Of a stretch of 64,000 nucleotides of DNA, positions 26,352 through 40,080 are shown in pieces; positions within the stretch are counted from its first letter, which is position 1; each line of letters opens with the position of its first letter. A model generated the notes under the pieces. It worked only from the letters and a program-made list of their open reading frames with translations. It made no database searches and was not told the DNA's origin. Source of the stretch: Octopus vulgaris (Eukaryota); the NCBI GenBank assembly GCA_951406725.2, contig OX597817.1:29512001-29576000 (forward strand), read 5' to 3'. A program made the position numbers and the translations under genes.

Positions 26352-27183
26352 ATTTTACTTCTAAATGATTACTAAGTAGCTAATGTTTTGGCATTTTGAT
26401 ATTGATTCAATGATATTAAAATCATTGCATGGAGTAAGTATACATTTCTGTGCATTACTCAATATATATATATATATATATATATGGCATAAAATAAGTT
26501 CTACTCTTCATTGTGTTTGAGAGGTTAACAATACATAAAATAAATACTTGTTTCAAACATTCCAATGGAAATATCAAAATATATTTCCATTCAACTCCTT
26601 TAAGCATAACAATATGGATTTAAGTTCATGAAAGTAAAAGCTATGAGATAATTAAGTTACAGATTATTGCTGAAATATATAGTATGTGCAAATAATCACA
26701 TAAATATTCATATAAATTTGTTTCACTTTATCACTTAACATATATAGTGACTCTTGGCCTCACTTTAACGTCTATAATATGCTAACTTTGAATATTTGAT
26801 TATTTAAATGTAATTTAGATGTTATTAATGTCACATCCTTCATAGATAGCATATTTAACAATATAAAATATATTGTATTTGGTTGGAAGAATAAGTAAGT
26901 ACAATACTCTGCTGTTCTCTTTCATTGAGAATTGCTTTCCTTTGCAATTCAGTTTATTGCTGCTATGCTACACTTTTAATGTTTTACTAGTTCAGCCAAT
27001 TTTCCATATTTCTCTTCTACTTGAAGTCCAGATTACCTCTCTGTCGATGAATATTTACGATGAAAAAAGAGTTTCAAGAATCTATCCAGTAAATCTATAG
27101 GTTCAAGACACTGCAGCAGATAAATAAAAACAACAAAACAATCAACCAGAAGCTGCTGTAATAAAATACTTAACACTTTTTAG

Positions 27184-27420
27184 TTTCTTATTTCTTTATT
27201 GCTGACAAGGGGCTAAACATAGAGGGGGACAAACAAGGACAGACAAACAGATTAAGTCGATTACGTCGATCCCAGTGTGTAACTGGTACTTAATTTATCG
27301 ACCCCGAAAGGATGAAAGGTAAAGTCGACCTCGACGGAATTTGAACTCAGAATGTAATGGCAGACGAAATACCGGTAAGCATTTCGCCCGGCGTGCTAAC
27401 GTTTCTGCCAGCTTGCTGAC
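27184..27420 (-). mobile_element. SINE family B, young copy
   Basis: Reverse complement of the family B consensus, CpGs retained. Confidence 0.85.
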
Positions 27421-29825
27421 TTATTTCCTTTTTGGTAATTTTTGGTGTTAGGAAGGGCATCCAACTGTAGAAACCTTGCTAGAACAGAATGGAGCCTGGT
27501 GCAACCTACTGGCTTGCTAGTCCTCAGTCAAACAGTCCAACTCATGCCAGTATGGAAAGTGGACATTAAACAATGATGATAGCTTGTATTAAAAGATACC
27601 TACTGTGAAATAATGTGATGGCTTCTGGAAGCAACTGTTAAGTTATGTTATCTTGCAGAAGGCATCCCTGGAAAACCTTCCCCAGGTTGTTATTTTAAGT
27701 TGTCAAATATATCAGTGTTTATTCACTGACATTCTTTTTATCTTCTAAGCAATTTAAAATTTCTCAGTAATTGTAAAGACAATTTTCTGGTGAGGAGATT
27801 GAATAACCCTTTCAGCTATAGGCAGAAGGCTTGAAATTTTAAGGGAGAGACTAAGTCGATTATATCAACCCCAGTGCTCAACTACTTATTTCATTGACCC
27901 CGAAAGGATGAACAGTAAAGTAGACCCCAGCAGAATTTGAACTCTGGAACAAAAATGACAAACAAAATGCTGAGAAGCATTTTGCCTGGCATGGTAACCG
28001 TTCTGTTAGTTCACCACTCTGAAGAGACTTTATAAGACAAAAACATGACCGTAGTTGTCATTATGCACACCAAAGATCAGACACCCTCCACACCACATTC
28101 CTTCATACTATCTTAATTAATTAATTTACATTTCAGGGCTGTTTCTATTGTCTTTCTTCACAAGAATTAATCATTTAGTTAATGTTGTTTTCTCCTTGAT
28201 AAAACTGTTGTATTGTTAATTTAAATTTCTTGGTTCACTGCATTGGTTCACTACATTGGTTCAGTACTTTGGTTCACTACATTGGTTCACTACATTACTA
28301 TGTAACACTTGTTGTTTTTGTTGTTGTTGTTGTTGTTTAATCCAAAGTCATCCAAGATGGAGCAAACTTATGATCAAAGCATTCCTGCCATATTCATCTT
28401 GTCATACATCTAAGTCTATATAATTCAATGTGTTTCTATTTTGTAAGATGGTAGGATGTGATTTATTTCAAATGGAATAATTGCATAGAAGCATTTTGGT
28501 TTCACAGTGGTTTGGTATCTGAAATCAGTAGAGGTGTGAAGAATTTTGGGAACATTATGACCTGGTAGATCACAAAAGGTTTCTAACTTTGAAGGAAAGC
28601 CAAAGTGGTAAAATGAATGTGTCAGAAATTGTTGCTTTGCATGACAGTGAAACATGAGCAGGGAAATGAGAGGATTCTTTGTGTCAAGAAAATAATAATT
28701 TGAATAAGCTAAGAAAGGTGTTATATGTCCAGAACCTGAGGTAATTGATAAATAAAATGTGAATTGCTCTCTTTGAATATGTGAAGAACATGGATGATAT
28801 GTTCACAGTAAAAGAGTAAGGATTGGTGGTAGCTGAAATGAATGAAATAATTTCATTCAATGAGGATGAAGAAAGTGGTAAATTTTGATCAGAGAGAACA
28901 TGAATTCAGAAAGAAATTGAAAACTGCTCCGAAGAATCTACAACTTTGAAATGAAAGCATGGACAATGTGTGCCAATAAAGAAACACAAACAAAACTAAT
29001 GAGTATCATCATTGACTAGGGGAAGAGGAGTGGAGGATGATAGTGGTTGTATTGGTGATGGTGGGGCTGATGATGATCATGACAGTTATTTAAATGAGCA
29101 ATAAGAAATGAAAAGAGTTAGTGGCAGGCGTTGGCAGACTGCCAAAAGTGGTAACATTATTCTTTTGAGTTTAAATTTTGCTAATGTGAAACTTAGCTGC
29201 TGTTCCTGCTTTTATGTGTCAATAAATGAAGTTCCAATGATAGAATGGTGTAAAACTATGAATTGCTCTGGAATGGAAATGACACCCATTCATAATCACC
29301 CTGTATATTTCAAATGTATTAGCTGTCTATTCTTTTATTCTTTTACTAGTTTCAATTATTGGTCTATGGCTATGTTGGGGCACTACCTTCAAGCATTTAA
29401 GCCGATCACAGAAATGGCCTCTAATTACAGAAGTCTGGCACTTATTTTTCTGCTCACATTATATCAAAGAGAGGACATAACTCAAGGAAACAGTTTATAC
29501 CAGCATACATATATAAACAACATACACCCTGACATAAATACACACACATATTTTTGTATCATTTACATCTTTCAGTCATTGGACTGTTCTCATGCTGGGG
29601 CACCATTTAATGTTTGCTCCTGGGTGGCACAGATTAGAGCCTCTGTTTCCAGTTTTAAATCGCTTTTAGTCATCCATAGCCATATTTTTTCTCTGTCTGC
29701 CATATCTTCAACATCCCTATGAAATTGTCCATGCATTCTTTTCTTTATCCAACTAATTCTGTTTCTTTCATTCTCAAGTCCTTGTACGGTGCTTTATCTT
29801 TGCAATCTTCCATCCTACACAAACC

Positions 29826-29867
<42 letters not shown>

Positions 29868-30085
29868 AGTGGTGTGCAAGCAGAATCGTTGGCATGCCAG
29901 GTAAAATGCTGAGTGGTATGTCATTTGTCTCTACGTTCTGAGTTCAAATTCTGCTGAGGTCAACTTTGCCTTTCATCCTTTTGGGGTTGATAAATTAAGT
30001 ATCAGTGAAACACTGGGGTTGATGTAATCGACTAGCCCCTTTCCCTCAAATGTCAGGCCTTGTGCCTATCTATAATAGAAAGAAT
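29868..30085 (+). mobile_element. SINE family B flanked by (TTA)n
   Basis: GCCTTTCATCCTTTTGGGG core. Confidence 0.75.
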
Positions 30086-30829
30086 TATTATCATCATCAT
30101 CTTCATCATCATCAGTATCATCATTATTGTTATTATTATTAATAATACTACTATTACTACTAATAATAATAACGATAATGATAAAAATATAATAATGGTT
30201 TTAAATTTTGGCATAAGAGACCGATAGAATAAGTACTAGGCTTACAAAGAATATGTCCTGGGTTCAATTTGCTTGACTAAAGGCAGTGCTCCAGCATGAC
30301 CACAGTCAAATGACTAAAACAAATAAAAGAGTAAAAGAGTAAGTTACCATTTTACATATCCTTAAATCCTTAAAAATGTTTTAGCCTGAAGGCCGCGGCC
30401 ATGCTGGGGCACCACCGCTGAATGTATGACATTTACAAGCAAATTTGAATCTTAGTGTTTAAACAACAATAAACGGCAAAAATAGAAATGGTGTGGTGTT
30501 CTTCCAGTAATAATATTGAATTATTATGAGTAATACATGAATAAAATATCAAAAGTAATCGCAAGTATTATATCCTCTCAAATGGAGTGTGAATATTTTG
30601 TAAGTTCTCGTCTTGTAATACTATGGTGGCTAAGCTTCAGGATGGAAAATGTTGATTCACAGCCAAAATAATCCTCAACATTTTCTAGCATATTCTTCTT
30701 TTAGAAATTTGTTTATCTTTTTTTTTTGTTACATTTGTTGCATTTTTATTCTTGATGATGCATATTTATTTACTCGAAAACTTTACATGACCATATGAAC
30801 ATGTTTACAAATACTAATAACAAATTGAT

Positions 30830-31160
<331 letters not shown>

Positions 31161-31189
31161 GCACACACATCTATCATCATCATCACCAT

Positions 31190-31450
31190 TGTAATACCAT
31201 TTGGCATAGAATGCTAGAATTTGCTTTGAAAGTTAATTTCTAGCCGTAAGTTTTCATACTGTTGCAGTCAGACTATATAAAACAATGATGGTATTTCTAT
31301 CCTGTTGCCAAAAGAAATTTGATGTCTCTCCTTCATGTGAAATTGAAGGTAGAATTACTGTCAATCTTTGACAATTATAGAAAAATTTTCTGTCTACTAT
31401 TGGCAAACCTACAATTTGTTCAGCAGAAAATTTCATCCAAGAAAAGAATA
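31190..31450 (-). pseudogene. Possible Tc1-like transposase remnant
   Basis: FSAEQIVGLPIVDRK...ILPSI...FFWQQD resembles the region before the second Asp (FQQDNA) of Tc1 DDE domains. Confidence 0.35.
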
Positions 31451-31799
31451 ATTAAGGGAAATGATGGAGAAAAATATGTATTATTTTCTGTATTGTTTTT
31501 CGTTATATCTTTTACAACTAAACACACGCATGCACGCACAGACCCACTTACACACACATGCATGCACATGCATGCACATATGCATGCACACACACACATA
31601 CGCAAACATGCATGCACACACACACATATACACACATGCATGTATATGTGTACGTCTATGTATGTATATATGTGTGTGTGTGCATGTATTTACATCTATG
31701 TACATACACTTATATACATATGTATATATATATATATATACATATACATACATATATTTATATATCTATGTTTATGTACATATGTATACGTGTATATGA

Positions 31800-31894
<95 letters not shown>

Positions 31895-32019
31895 TGTATT
31901 TCTGCCAACCTATCTATCTATCTATATACACCTCCAACACACATGCATATATATGGTTTTCTGCCATAGATATGTACTATTGATACCACCCTTGTAGTAA
32001 ATCAGTAGCAGATGAAGTA

Positions 32020-32320
32020 TCCTGCCAAAGAATGAGATCCTATTGTAGGCATTTGTTGATTGTGAGAAAGCCTTTGACAAGGTTTCATGCTCTATTGATC
32101 TGGTGGTCACTGAGGGAGACTGGGTGGAAAAAAGCCCTGCAAGAGGCATACAAGCTATGTGCAGCACTTTAGTCAGCAAAATGAGATATACTAATGTATT
32201 TATTGATCAACTGAGCATGGAGGTGTGTTATAAATGGGCTCAGCCCTTCTCTCTATGATAGTTCTCCTACCAATAGCAGAAAAGTTTAAAGACCAAATGA
32301 GTTCTCATAACTGAATCCAG
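32020..32320 (+). pseudogene. RTE RT fragment
   Basis: AFVDCEKAFDKV motif (F.D.EKAFD), degraded. Confidence 0.65.
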
Positions 32321-32329
32321 AGTAAAATT

Positions 32330-32333
32330 CATT

Positions 32334-32367
<34 letters not shown>

Positions 32368-32457
32368 CCATCACCATCACCATCACCATCATCATCATCA
32401 TCACACTATCACCATCACAACCACTACAACCACCACCACCACCACCACCATCATCAC

Positions 32458-32498
<41 letters not shown>

Positions 32499-32566
32499 CC
32501 ACCACCATCATCATCATCATCATCATCATCACCACCACCATCATCATTATCATCACCATCATCATC

Positions 32567-32615
<49 letters not shown>

Positions 32616-32695
32616 CCACCAAAACCACCACCACCACCACCACCACCAACACTACCAACACCACCACCAACATGACCACCATCATCATCATCATT
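32330..32695. repeat. (CAT/CAC)n microsatellite, an expanded tail of an adjacent minus-strand family C element
   Basis: Followed directly by TTTAATGCTCATTTTCTATGCTGGCATGGGTT. Confidence 0.9.
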
Positions 32696-33104
32696 TAATG
32701 CTCATTTTCTATGCTGGCATGGGTTAGATGGTGTGACAAGAGCTGGCCAGCTGAAGAGCTTTCAGGCTCCATGCTTGTTTAGTCATAGTTTCTATAGATG
32801 GATGCCTTCCTAATGCCAACTACTTTACAGAGTTTAATTGATGCTTTTAATATGGCACCAGCAGCCACAAGTCTGCAGGCTTACGATCACTCAGCTGAAG
32901 TAGGATGCAGGGAACATGGTATATTCAAGGAGCCATGATTTTCCTTAGCTTCACGTGTCTTCTTGAGTACGACAAACTGCCAGGTGTCTTGGTCCCTTGT
33001 CATCCCCTCTCTGGGGCCCAATGTCTGAAGATCCTTTCTTACCACTTCATCATGTTCCATCAACATTTAGAAATTGTCTACCCCATCTGCATGTTGCCTC
33101 CACA

Positions 33105-33702
33105 GAAACAAAACCAAGTCAGGCAGCAAATGTAGAAATTGCAGGAATGGAAATAGAAGTTTCAATCTCTTTTTGAGTGAGTGTAGTGTACTAGCACAAA
33201 AGGAGTATAAACACAGACATGACTGCAAAAACTAAAGAGCTCATCAGGATGTTTGCCAGATAAAAGAGTTCATTGGGATGTTTGCGTAGACATCATCGGG
33301 ATGTTTGCAAAGACAAAAGTGTTCATCAGGATGTTTCTATGGCTTCAAAACCATAGAAAACTGGTATGAATATGAACTAGAAGATGTGACAGAAAATGAG
33401 AATTACAAGAGCTTGTGAGAATTCCCCATAAAGTCTGATCATACAATCGATACAAGAAAACTGGATATCTTTTTTACTCTTTTACTCTTTTACTCTTTTA
33501 CTTGTTTCAGTCATTTGACTGCAGCCATGCTGGAGCACCGCCTTTAATCGAGCAACTCGACCCCGGGACTTATTCTTTGTAAGCCCAGTACTAATTCTAT
33601 CGGTCTCTTTTGCCGAACCACTAAGTGACGGTGACATAAATACACCAGCATCAGTTGTCAAGCGATGTTGGGGGGACAAACACAGACATACAAACATACA
33701 TG

Positions 33703-33735
<33 letters not shown>

Positions 33736-34261
33736 GACGGGCTTCTTTCAGTTTCCGTCTACCAAATCCACTCACAAGGCTTTGTTCGGCCTGAGGCTAT
33801 AGTAGAAGACACTTGCCCAAGGTGCCACACAGTGGGACTGAACCTGAAACCCATGTAGTTGGTAAGCAAGATACTTACCACACAGCCACTCTTGTGCCTA
33901 TATGGTCATAAACGACAAAATAAACAGTCTAAAATCAGAGATTTTACAATTCTCTATGATAACAAAGTCAATACTAAAGAAATTGGAAAATTGAAAAATA
34001 TCAGGATCTAGCCAGAGAACTGAGAAGACTGTGGAATACCAAGTAATCAATTATTCCTCAAGCAATTGGTGCACTTGGCACAACATCCAAAACACCATGT
34101 AAATGACTGAATGAGATTGGAACTGAGATTCACATTCTCAACCTGCAGAAAAGAACCATCCAATATTCTAGAGGAATCCAAAAGAACATTCTTGAGATTT
34201 GAAGAAGACTTCTTGTCATCAAACACCAAGATAAAATGCCTGCTAACTAAATTAGCAAGCA

Positions 34262-34262
<1 letters not shown>
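33105..34262 (+). mobile_element. Second R4/Dong-type LINE 3' fragment (CCHC + RLE), interrupted by SINE A
   Basis: KCRNC...LSECSVLAQKEYKHRHD; WYEYELEDVTENENYK..IKSDHTIDTRKLD; KYQDLARELRRLWN..IGALGT; ends in (TAA)n. Confidence 0.75.
33470..33899 (-). mobile_element. SINE family A
   Basis: Full-length reverse copy. Confidence 0.9.
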
Positions 34263-34880
<618 letters not shown>

Positions 34881-35294
34881 TAAAGTCGCTTGCCTTTATT
34901 AAAATGTGAGCATTTTTTTACATAAGCCTATCTTAAGTATAGAAAGATTATTGGTCTAATAGTACAACACTTGAATGATGATCATCATCATAATGATGGC
35001 AACAACTACATGAATAAATGAGAATTCAGGAAAATTCCTTAATTGATATACTTATGGATTTAATTACCTTTCTTCATTTACTTATTCTTTTACTTGTTGC
35101 TATTTTCAGTCTAATGGCTCATTGAATAATAACTGATGATGCAACTGGCAACAACTAACTTCAGCTCTGTAATTTTTGCTAATTTATTTATTATTTTGCT
35201 ATATTTATTCCATCTTGTTTGTCTTTATTTACTTCGTCAATATTCCATTCTTTCTCCCTTTCCTCTCTGTCTACTTTTTTTTCTTCGCATCCTT

Positions 35295-35931
35295 TCAACT
35301 AGAAATAGTTGATAGTTTCCGTTACCTAGGTGACCAAGTCAGCAGCGGGGGCGGGTGTGCTGAAAGTGTAACTTTAGGTCTCACTGAGGAAATGACTAGA
35401 GACCGAGACCTCTGGAAGTGTGCTGTGCGCGAGAAGACCCGGCAGGACAAGTGAGTCCATAACCTATGGCCTTCTACATGGGATGGAGCCGGCCTACATA
35501 TGCATACCTTCCCTTCTTGGGACACAAAACTCTACTTGTGAAGACGTGTTGAGGCAAGTGAGGATCAGAATCAGATGTGTTACCAGTGCCGGTGGCATGT
35601 AAGAGAACTTTCCGTTTTGCGACCGTTGCCAGCACCGCCCCGTTTCGTGTCCGTTGCCAGCCTCGCCTGGCCCTCGTGCCGGTGGCACATAAAAAGCACC
35701 ATCCGTTCGTGGCCGTTTGCCAGCTCTGTCTGGCACCAGTGCGGGTGGCACGTAAAAAGCACCCACTACACTCACGGAGTGGTTGGCGTTAGGAAGGGCA
35801 TCCAGCCGTAGAAACACTGCCAGATTTGACTGGGCCTGATGAAGCCTTCTGGCTTCACAGACCCCAGTAGAACCGTCCAACCCATGCTAGCATGGAAAAC
35901 GGACGCTAAACGATGATGATGATGATGATGA
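35295..35931 (+). mobile_element. Internally deleted RTE LINE 3' end: RT fragments, 3' UTR with tandem units, (GAT)n
   Basis: LEIVDSFRYLGDQVSSGGGCAESVT is fused to the C-terminus LGLTEEMTRDRDLWKCAVREKTRQDK*, followed by the family C UTR. Confidence 0.85.
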
Positions 35932-36359
35932 TCCTTTCCTAATAACTATCCTAATTCAATGACTTTGACACTACAAACATGTCTTGCAAACAACTTGCAC
36001 ATGCAAGTGCTACCAGTTAAAAGCTCCGTATATCGGATGCTAGCAAGTGTATGGGGTCATCAGGAGAGAATGCACGCCGTTTCGGGGCCTACCTCTCGAC
36101 GGCATCAATGCGCACCGGCCCCCCCTCACTGATATGAGGCCCCGCTTGCTAGATCAGCTGGTTATGAAGAACTCAATATACTTCTAGCCATCGCTCATCG
36201 TCTCTCTTTAACCAAATCCAGTGGCTAGCCTTCTCCACTGTAGAGTTTTTATTCTCTCTACTTGGAAGCTATCACTAAGACTCCCATTCTATTTGCTTTC
36301 TCTTGCATTCTTTACGCTTCTATGTAATTTGTAAGTAATTCAAGCAACTTGACAAACCA

Positions 36360-36772
36360 ACTCTTTACTCTTTACTCTTTACTCTTTTACTTGTTTTCAG
36401 TCATTTGACTGTGGCCATGCTGGAGCACCGCGTTTAGTCGAGCAAATCAACCCCGGGACTTATTCTTTGTAAGCCCAGTACTTATTCTATCGATCTCTTT
36501 TGCCGAACCGCTAAGTGACGGGGACGTAAACACACCAGCATCAGTTGTCAAGCAATGCTAGAGGGACAAACACAGACACACAAGCATATACACACACATG
36601 CATTTACATATATATACATATACACAACAGGCTTCTTTCAGTTTCCGTCTACCAAATCCACTCACAAGGCTTTGGTCGGCCCGAGGCTATAGCAGAAGAC
36701 ACTTGCCCAAGATGCCACGCTGTGGGACTGAACCCGGAACCATGTGGTTGGTTAGCAAGCTACTTACCACAG
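36360..36772 (-). mobile_element. SINE family A
   Basis: Reverse copy with (CTCTTTTA)n tail. Confidence 0.9.
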
Positions 36773-36852
36773 AGTCAAAACACAACCCTGCCTCATTAAA
36801 ACTTCTTCCTATCATATACATACACATGCATGTATACATACATACCTACATG

Positions 36853-37727
36853 CAGGGTGCAATGGGTAATTTGTTGCCATTTTATATTTTTAATTTTGTG
36901 TATGTGTATTCTTTATTTTTGATTTTAGCAACTACACAGTATAGTAGGGTCAGTTGGGCACCATCTGTGAGAAAAACAGCATCATGATGTAATTCAATCT
37001 GCCAGAAATTTGGAAACGACATGCTGTACTGCTTGGCATTCACACTGGAAGCTCCAATATTAACATTTCAGACTTTTGGGATGTCAATCTGATGACAGTG
37101 CAATATGCGGACATGTACCGAGAGTGATAAAAATCAAACATCCAGTCAACATTAGGGTGTTCGGAGTTACCACTAGTGATGGCAATGTTATGCCTCCATT
37201 CATCTTCCCACATGGCCCCACACTCAACACAGAGGCCTATATCAAGTGCTGACCTGGGTCAAGAGGGTGGCTGCTGGTAGACCCTTTGTCTGGCAATGGG
37301 ACTCTGCACCATGCAACATAAGCAGTAGAGCCCAGTCATGTCTGTTAGACAATTTCTGTGACTGTATCACCCCTAACATCTGGCTACCTAAATCCCCAGA
37401 CTGCAACCCCCTTGATTATTATGTATGAGGTGTAGTTGAGAGAGACTGAGAAAACTCCTTGCAACACCAAAGATGAACTGAAGGCAAAGATTATGACAGC
37501 ATTCACCAACTTAAACAAGGAGATGGCCCAGAAGAATTGCAGAAGATTCTGAAGTCGTCTGGAGGCCGTGGTTGAAGGCAAGGGCGATTTTATTGAATAA
37601 ATTTACTCTTTGGTATTTCAAGATGTTTTTATGTAATTTTGGTAAATATATCTATTAAAATGAGATGTCAGTCAGTATTATTTTCAATTTTACATAATTT
37701 AGATGACAGTTTAATTACCACATCCTG
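36853..37727 (+). mobile_element. DD37D (maT) Tc1/mariner transposon, internally deleted
   Basis: Imperfect TIRs CAGGGTG..GGTAATT / AATTACCACATCCTG|TA. Peptide WQWDSAP...SPDCNPLDY has 37 residues between the two Asp; C-terminus SRLEAVVEGKGDFIE*. Confidence 0.85.
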
Positions 37728-37752
37728 TACATACATACATACATACATACAT

Positions 37753-37785
<33 letters not shown>

Positions 37786-38057
37786 TACATACATACATAC
37801 ATACGTACATACATACATACATACATAAATACATACATACATACATACACATGCACATTTATAAATACACATATATTGGTAGAGATGTGGCTGTGTACTT
37901 AAGAAGCTTACCGCCAAGCCACATGGTCTTGGGTTCAGTTCTACTGTGTGACATCTTGAGGAAGCATCTTCTGCAATAACTTCAGGTCGATCAAAGTATT
38001 GGCAATAGATCTGGTAGATGGAATGGAATAAAGCCTATCATACATATATATACATAT

Positions 38058-38516
38058 ACAACTTATAAACAAGGGCAAAAGAAAAAATTCTAATGCCAAA
38101 TATGCCGAAATATAGACTTATTCGTCAATAACCATATAATTTATCCTTATAAGCATGTGTCACGAAAGCAAGCCGATAATAACTTCCATGGGTGCAAGTA
38201 AGTATCTCATTTATTTCCTTATCGTATTTATCGCTGATGACGAGAAAATTCTAAATGAATTAACTCAGAAATTGGGACTGACCCGATAATAACGAATTTT
38301 TTTAGAAATTTCTATCAGCTTGCTTTCGAGACTCGTGCTTATAGTGATAAATTATATGGTTATTGACGAATAAGTCTATATTTCGGCATATTTGGCATTA
38401 GAATTTTTTCTTTTGCCCTTGTTTATAAGTTGTTTATGAAATTTAACCTTTAAAGGTATTTTTTAATATGCTGGCCATTGATAAAATTTTTTTCGAAAAT
38501 TTTTATCCTATATTAG

Positions 38517-38517
<1 letters not shown>
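38058..38517 (+). mobile_element. Penelope-like inverted-LTR mini-element with hammerhead-like spacer
   Basis: ~120-bp near-perfect inverted arms (38058-38178 / 38313-38433). TTATCG-CTGATGA...GAAA...CGATAA at 38228-38289. (TA)n flanks. Confidence 0.7.
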
Positions 38518-38550
<33 letters not shown>

Positions 38551-38874
38551 CATCATCATCATTGTTTAACGACAGTTTTCCATGCTAGCACGGGTTGGAC
38601 GATCGGTTGGTACTTTTTACATGCCACTAGCACAGAAGCCAGTCAAGGCGGTGCTGGCATCGGCCACATTTGGACGGTGCTTTTTATGCGCCACCGGCAC
38701 AGGTATCACAACTACAATTTCCATTTGATATTTATTCTGATGCTGACTCAATAGGTCTCCTGAAGCACAGCAGGTCACCCTGCGATCCAAGGTAAGCACA
38801 GCAGTTCATTCTGCAATCCAAGGTACTTTGGATGGGCTGGGACTATGTGAAACTATGTGTATATATATATATAT

Positions 38875-39060
38875 AGTTCAAATTTGCAGAAAACAAATTA
38901 TGAAGACAGGTGAAGGAACAACAAGCAGGTGTATTAGTTTAACACTCAGGAAGAATAGAAAAGTCTTTGATATTTTGAGCCTATGCTCTTTGACAAAGAA
39001 TTAAGAGGAAAAGAACAGAGAGGGAATGAAAAATATGGAGGGAGAAAAAGAATATGTAAA
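38875..39060 (-). mobile_element. Short repeat homologous to 45968-46130 (hammerhead-derived motif)
   Basis: Reverse complement contains AAGAGCATAGGCTCAAAATATCAAAGAC and CTAATACACCTG...ACCTGTCTTC. Confidence 0.55.
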
Positions 39061-39407
39061 GACTAACGATTCAACAAGATGTATATGTGTGGGTGGGGGA
39101 GAGATAGAGATAGAATGAAAGTGAGAGTGAGAGAAAAGGACTGCAAGTGTGTATATCTCCTTGTCTGGACAGTGCATTATAGTTATAAAAGAGTGTTACT
39201 CTCATACAAATATGATCTTGCTTGGATGCAGGCAAAGGTTGGCAACAGAAAAGGCATCTAGCCAGTGACAATCTACCTCAAAATATCTCTGTCTGACCCA
39301 TGCAAGCATGGAAAAGTGTAAGCTAAACCAATGATGGTATGTATATGTATATATGCATGTATATATAATTCTTAGATATTAACCTCCCTCCTTCCCCCTA
39401 TCTCTCA

Positions 39408-39487
<80 letters not shown>

Positions 39488-39869
39488 ATATATTATCTCA
39501 TCTTGAGATACCCTGGAAAATCTACAACTGTTTTATCTAACATGAAATATTTTATTATTCTCCAATTTGTGCTCAGCATGTCCTGCCATTATGATTCAAT
39601 TTTTTTTTTACTACCTTAATGTTTATAGAACAATTTTATTTTAGGTTGTTTACTTACTGAAATATTTTGTGCAGAGAAACGTCTGAGCAATCTACTGTTA
39701 TTGCATCTCTTATCATTGACACTTTAAGATTATATATAAAATATTGTCTTCTTCTCAGATATATAAATGGTAGTATATGATTCTCACAGAAGCTTGTCTA
39801 CACTACATACATTTGCACATATGTGTGTGTGTATATCATCATCATCATCATATAATGTTCATATAGCAT

Positions 39870-40040
39870 AAGAGTGGCTGTGTGGTAAGTAGCTTGCTTA
39901 CAAACCACATGGTTCCGGATTCAGTCCCACTGCGTGGCACCTTGGGCTAGTGTCTTCTACTAGAGCCTCGGGCTGACCAAAGCCTTGTGAGCAGATTTGG
40001 ATAGACAGAAACTGAAATAAGCCCATCGATCGTATATATG

Positions 40041-40080
<40 letters not shown>

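Noticed and set aside
29108-29722. 204-aa ORF
   Set aside because: It runs through degenerate SINE A tail fragments, and no domain is recognisable.
33237-33337. Short tandem repeat TTCATCAGGATGTTTGC (CTGATGAA on the minus strand)
   Set aside because: A minisatellite inside a LINE relic; no GAAA or stem arrangement consistent with a ribozyme.
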